64,000 nt of DNA from Tubulanus polymorphus (lineage: Eukaryota; Animalia; Nemertea). Location: NCBI RefSeq assembly GCF_964204645.1, contig NC_134025.1, positions 22,858,299-22,922,298 on the forward strand, written 5' to 3'. Both the position numbers and the translations under genes were made by a program. The stretch's first letter is position 1. Each line of letters begins with the position of its first letter. Shown here piece after piece: positions 59,679 through 64,000 of the stretch. The notes under the pieces are model-generated. The model was not told where the DNA came from, did not search any database, and was given only the letters and a program-made list of their open reading frames with translations.

Positions 59679-62152
59679 TAATAAGCATCCATCTGTGCGC
59701 TTGAATGCTAGACCCAGGATAAAACGGGGGCAGATCCAAGGGTAGGGTGCAGTGGTGCATGCCCCCATGAATCAGCAATGTTATACAATGCCGCTGATTT
59801 CTTATCCCAATTCCCTATCATGGTTAAGCTTAACCACAACGTAACTAACTTTGAACACGGGTAAAATAAAGCCAAATTCAGAAAGATTTATTCGTTCTAT
59901 CTCTCGGATACTGTGCTCGTGATCTATGCTCTCGTGTATCAAACGTTACCTTTTTTGCCAGTATTAAACGTTGATTATGTAGTGAATAAGAATGTGTGAA
60001 CGCATTGATATTGAATACTTATGAGTGTAAAGTTATCGAAGTTCAGAGTTATACGTATGTTGAGAAAATGCTGGACCAAGCAAATATCATGTAAATACTA
60101 TATATAAGAAGGATTATCCGTAACCGGTACTTCTTACGCATATATGCTTGTCTCGAAAATAAGCGCAGTTTGAAGAAAAATGATGGTACCTCGTTAGGTC
60201 AACTGGCGACGAGGTGCTTTCAAACAATAATATATAACAGAATGGAATAAATGTTTGCATAATTATTATTCAGAAATTTGTTACTGTAAATTGTATGTAT
60301 GTGTATACGCGGGGGTTGATGAACGGTCGTTGTGTTGAAAAAAGAATGCTATTCTAACACTGCGATGAAACCGGTAAGCATTTGCCTCCGATATTCGGGA
60401 CGTTTCTGGGTGATTTCATTTGATACCGCGCAAGAGTGTATCCGCGTAGCGCGCGCTGTGCATCTTAACAGCTAATACACATACCGCAATTAAAATGAAT
60501 TACTTCAATTCTCATTATTTTTTCATCATTTGCTGGAGTATGCTCTTCAGGCCGACGTGCATCTCTTGAAATGCCGTAAAAGTGTGTAGCTCGGCGCGGG
60601 GAACTATAAATAATTTACCTTTTCATATTTGCTATTTGTTATTTCCCGAGGCTTTTCACCTCGTTTTATTCAAACGGAAAGGTGAAAGTCTTGTGTATTT
60701 TATGGGGCGGTTCGTTCTACTGGTCGGCAAAGGGCACCGATCACTTTCAGGCGTGGATTTAGCACTTTTGACAGGGCCCCGGCCAACGATCGTGGAAATT
60801 GAGAGGATCCAGATCTCTGTAGATCCGCCCCTTTAGAGTTCTTCATTTAAACCAAGTTGATATGAATTTTATGAATCATGAAATAGATTTGGATCCATTA
60901 TAAAGTAATAAACAAATTCAATGTTCTTTCATTCGAACCAACGCCGATTTTGGTTAGTACATATAAATGAAAGCAAATTGCTTCAAATATTTGCACTAAC
61001 GTTGACTATTGTTAATCAGTCAGCTCTATCAAACCTAACAGGCCCCCGGTATTACTGTTGAATGTTTTCATAATTTTTTCCCATCAGCACCGCCTTATGA
61101 GTAAATATATATCTGGCTAGATAAACATCTCCTACAGATTTGCGAAAGTCAACAGAAAAATGTCAATTTAGCCTTGGCTATAATTGGGCCTGTGGTCGTC
61201 GGTAATGGCTTGAGAATCTCTGATTTATAGTCGGATTTCCAAGTATGATATCTTAAATTAACACGGTAATACGTATTTTTTCTGCCTATCCAGACTTCAC
61301 AGAGGTTTTCAATTGAATACGAAAATGATCAATGGACATCAAGTTCCGTTGATGATAGCGAACTTTGTTGATGTTGTGAGTTACTTCGTTGATCTTAAAG
61401 CAGAGAGTCTAGATTTTTTTCTGTGAAAAAAAAGCTTTCTCCATACATGTACAGTCAAACCGTAAACAAATATTGAAACAATATTGATGTTATTTATATG
61501 AAAAGTGTTGATACAATGAAATTGAGGAATGGATCTGTTGTCCGATAGCTGTAAAATGTTAGCTCATAGAGATAGATCTTTCGTCAGAGTAAAGGCTCTT
61601 AGTTACGGTAGTTTGGTTGTTAAGCTATCTAAATTCCGAACTAAAGCTAGATTCTCGGAACTGACCCAAGGAACCTATTACTGGTTGATGGATTGAGATG
61701 TTTGAATGTTGAAGTAATTCGCATTCAAAAAATGTGTATTTGGGTTCTGAATGTTAGCATAGATGATAGATGATGTAACTTTGATTGGATGTAACTCCTA
61801 ACTACATTGGGAATCAGTGCCATAACATTCTATGTGCTCTTTAAGATAAAGGTCTATGTAATGCCTATAATTATGCTTCTGATCTCAACTTTCGGAGAAG
61901 AAAAATTCCCGTGAACTGTTGTAAAACAATAACGAGCACTTGCAACGCACTCCTCTGGCCTTTTTAATAGATATAATATACAGCAAGCTCATGATGGCTT
62001 CTTTGCGAGCCCGGTTAATAAAATGTGAGATTTGCCATTCTAAACACGCGTGTTAACTATAAATAAATGAAATGAATGATATCAAAATGGATGTAATAGT
62101 TTGGCATACAACTGCATCTCAAAGTGTAAGTGAAAACTCACTTTCAAAACAA

Positions 62153-62424
62153 CAGGGGCGGATCCAGGGGGCCAAAGCGACCCAGGCCCCTATTTTTCGC
62201 CAAGATAACACTTTCGCTAGCTATCTACGAAAGTTACGCATACAGTGACAAATTATTGGTGGTCATTTTGTTTTAGAATCCCTCTTAATGCTTAGAAAAT
62301 GATCGTTTTTCCAAATTTTCTTGGGGCTATGGCACTTGCAGTCATGAAAGCCATGTGTATCACTAGGCCTCAATTGTTTTTGCCCCCCCCCTCCCCTTAT
62401 TCAAAATTCCTGGATCTGCCCCTG
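62153..62424. mobile_element. CAGGGGCGGATCCAGG-type MITE
   Basis: CAGGGGCGGATCCAGG pairs with CCTGGATCTGCCCCTG (1 mismatch); fragments near 59725 and 60748-60833; no clear TSD. Confidence 0.8.
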
Positions 62425-63590
62425 AATTGAGTCATATTTTTAATTTAATTGAATTTTTCTTTTCATTCTCAATATAAATATTGGGTTTTGACTTATGTAA
62501 TGATAATTCGATTATTTATTATTATTAATTAATGATTATCAACGATAATTATTATTCATATTATTATTTTGATTAAACTTATGATTGTTGTATGAATAAT
62601 ATATTGATTTTGAATGTGTAATGCAACGGCAAACTTGTAAATAACTGCTTGATCGAATTGTTTTATATAAGATTATCAAACCGATTTGAGTAAAATTATT
62701 TAAATAAATATGATGTACAGTTTTCTGTCAACGAGTTAAACACCGAATGATTTATCGATCTTTGTGATATCGGCCTTCAAGGATATTTCTTGGCGTGGTG
62801 CAACGATATTTTCGTGGATATTTGTCACCGGCGAAAGGGCCTCTTAAAATGTTTGACCTACTGCGGAGGTTTGCATTAATTATACATAGCTTTCAGCGCG
62901 TATTAAGCCCGTTGCTGGTATTTGCTGATCGTATTAATGCTGGTTTTTACATATTTGGTTAGTCGGTAAATATTGAACTGCTAACTTTGGTATCTCGGTC
63001 TGTAGTGCCCCGCGCGAGTAGCGATGGTAACCTAAACTGTCGCCCACCATCGTGGCTCCACGTCGCGACGGTTAACTTTCCCTAATTTGTGTTCTCGTTA
63101 GTAAGCTCAATATTCGACTCTTGTGGACCACAAATTGAGTATTTAACAAGGAACTGCATCATCAGCAGCAGCAGCAACGAGATGATTCTAATAAACATTT
63201 CCGTTTCTTAAATAAATATCGATAATAAATCAAAAATATCAAAATCATTGAGATAAAAATAAAGTAAGTTTTGATCGAAGCCCCATTTCATATCCCCCAT
63301 CTCAGAAATTGCTTTATTGATGTCTAGATATTCAAATTAGTGGTTTCCGGACTGAGAAATATTTAAATTTCAGTTGCTCGAACGGAAAATATTTCGACAC
63401 ATTTTATTCTCCTTTTGGTAATTGCATATTTCATCACGGGGTCATAAATTCAACGTGCGATATACGCGCATAACGTGATATAGGGTCACGGCACGCCTTT
63501 ACGTGATTGGCACCTCGGGGGTAGGTTTTCATTCATCTCAAAAACGCCGCAGATCGCTCGAAATGTCTTTGTTTGCTCTGCCCTCTACAG

Positions 63591-63826
63591 CACACAAACG
63601 GTACTATAACGGACAATATTCGCGCTTGTGAGTAAATATTGCAGAATTATTATTACTTCACTCAGCGGAACTCGAGCCAGTTCAGTATTAAAAATGCGCA
63701 CTGCCATATCGGATAACCACCTGTGATCACCAATCCATGGAATTTTTATTCGCTTCTTGTTAGAAAAAAAATTTATAAAATGTTCAACTACAATAATTAC
63801 GACTTCAGGTTTTCTCAGGCTCCCAG
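63591..63826 (+). other. Possible small 5' exons of a further plus-strand gene running out of the window
   Basis: Strong acceptor TTGTTTGCTCTGCCCTCTACAG (63590), donor GTGAGT (63628), and donor CAG|GTAAGA (63826) after acceptors at 63808/63818. No product recognisable. Confidence 0.3.
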
Positions 63827-64000
63827 GTAAGATATTCATTGTACGCGATCTCCAGCGCGTGAAAAGTACATTCATTATTCTATAGCTAAACCGGAACATT
63901 GGCCGGGCGCTATTAAATGGTCACTAATGAATTGTTAAAGAGGCGCCTCTTTATTTACGTTTTTAATCCCTCTTACTTGGGGTCAAATAGCTTTCACTAA

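Noticed and set aside
63585-63899. 104-aa minus-strand ORF
   Set aside because: No recognisable motif; the strong splice signals here are on the plus strand.

Overview
Intron-rich, AT-rich animal DNA (invertebrate bilaterian, probably lophotrochozoan; inferred from gene content and intron style). By hand-splicing GT-AG introns with phase checks I reconstructed four recognisable genes in two head-to-head pairs: (1) an 18-exon Fmn/cappuccino-class formin on the minus strand (CDS 571-14556, about 1699 aa: MGxxxS start, a 2.6-kb low-complexity exon, DEP-like domain, coiled coil, FH1, FH2, Spir-binding tail); (2) a 7-exon RDH11-14-type short-chain dehydrogenase on the plus strand (20809-28490, about 353 aa); (3) an 80-aa small membrane protein resembling Drosophila roh on the minus strand (30983-31988); (4) a 31-exon MAP4K3/5 (happyhour-type) kinase with a CNH domain on the plus strand (33959-58106, about 869 aa). 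The least explained items are a phase-consistent 4-exon orphan microprotein gene just downstream of the roh-like gene (29101-30481), candidate cassette/micro-exons inside the MAP4K CNH domain, an internal formin first exon that would cut the DEP domain, a SILK/RVxF-like PP1 motif in the formin, a perfect 57-bp foldback with no TSD, and many non-autonomous DNA transposons, several with 5-bp TSDs. I found no rRNA, tRNA, CRISPR array, prokaryotic system or intact transposase. All gene models are manual and have no transcript support; family names come from recalled motifs, not database searches.
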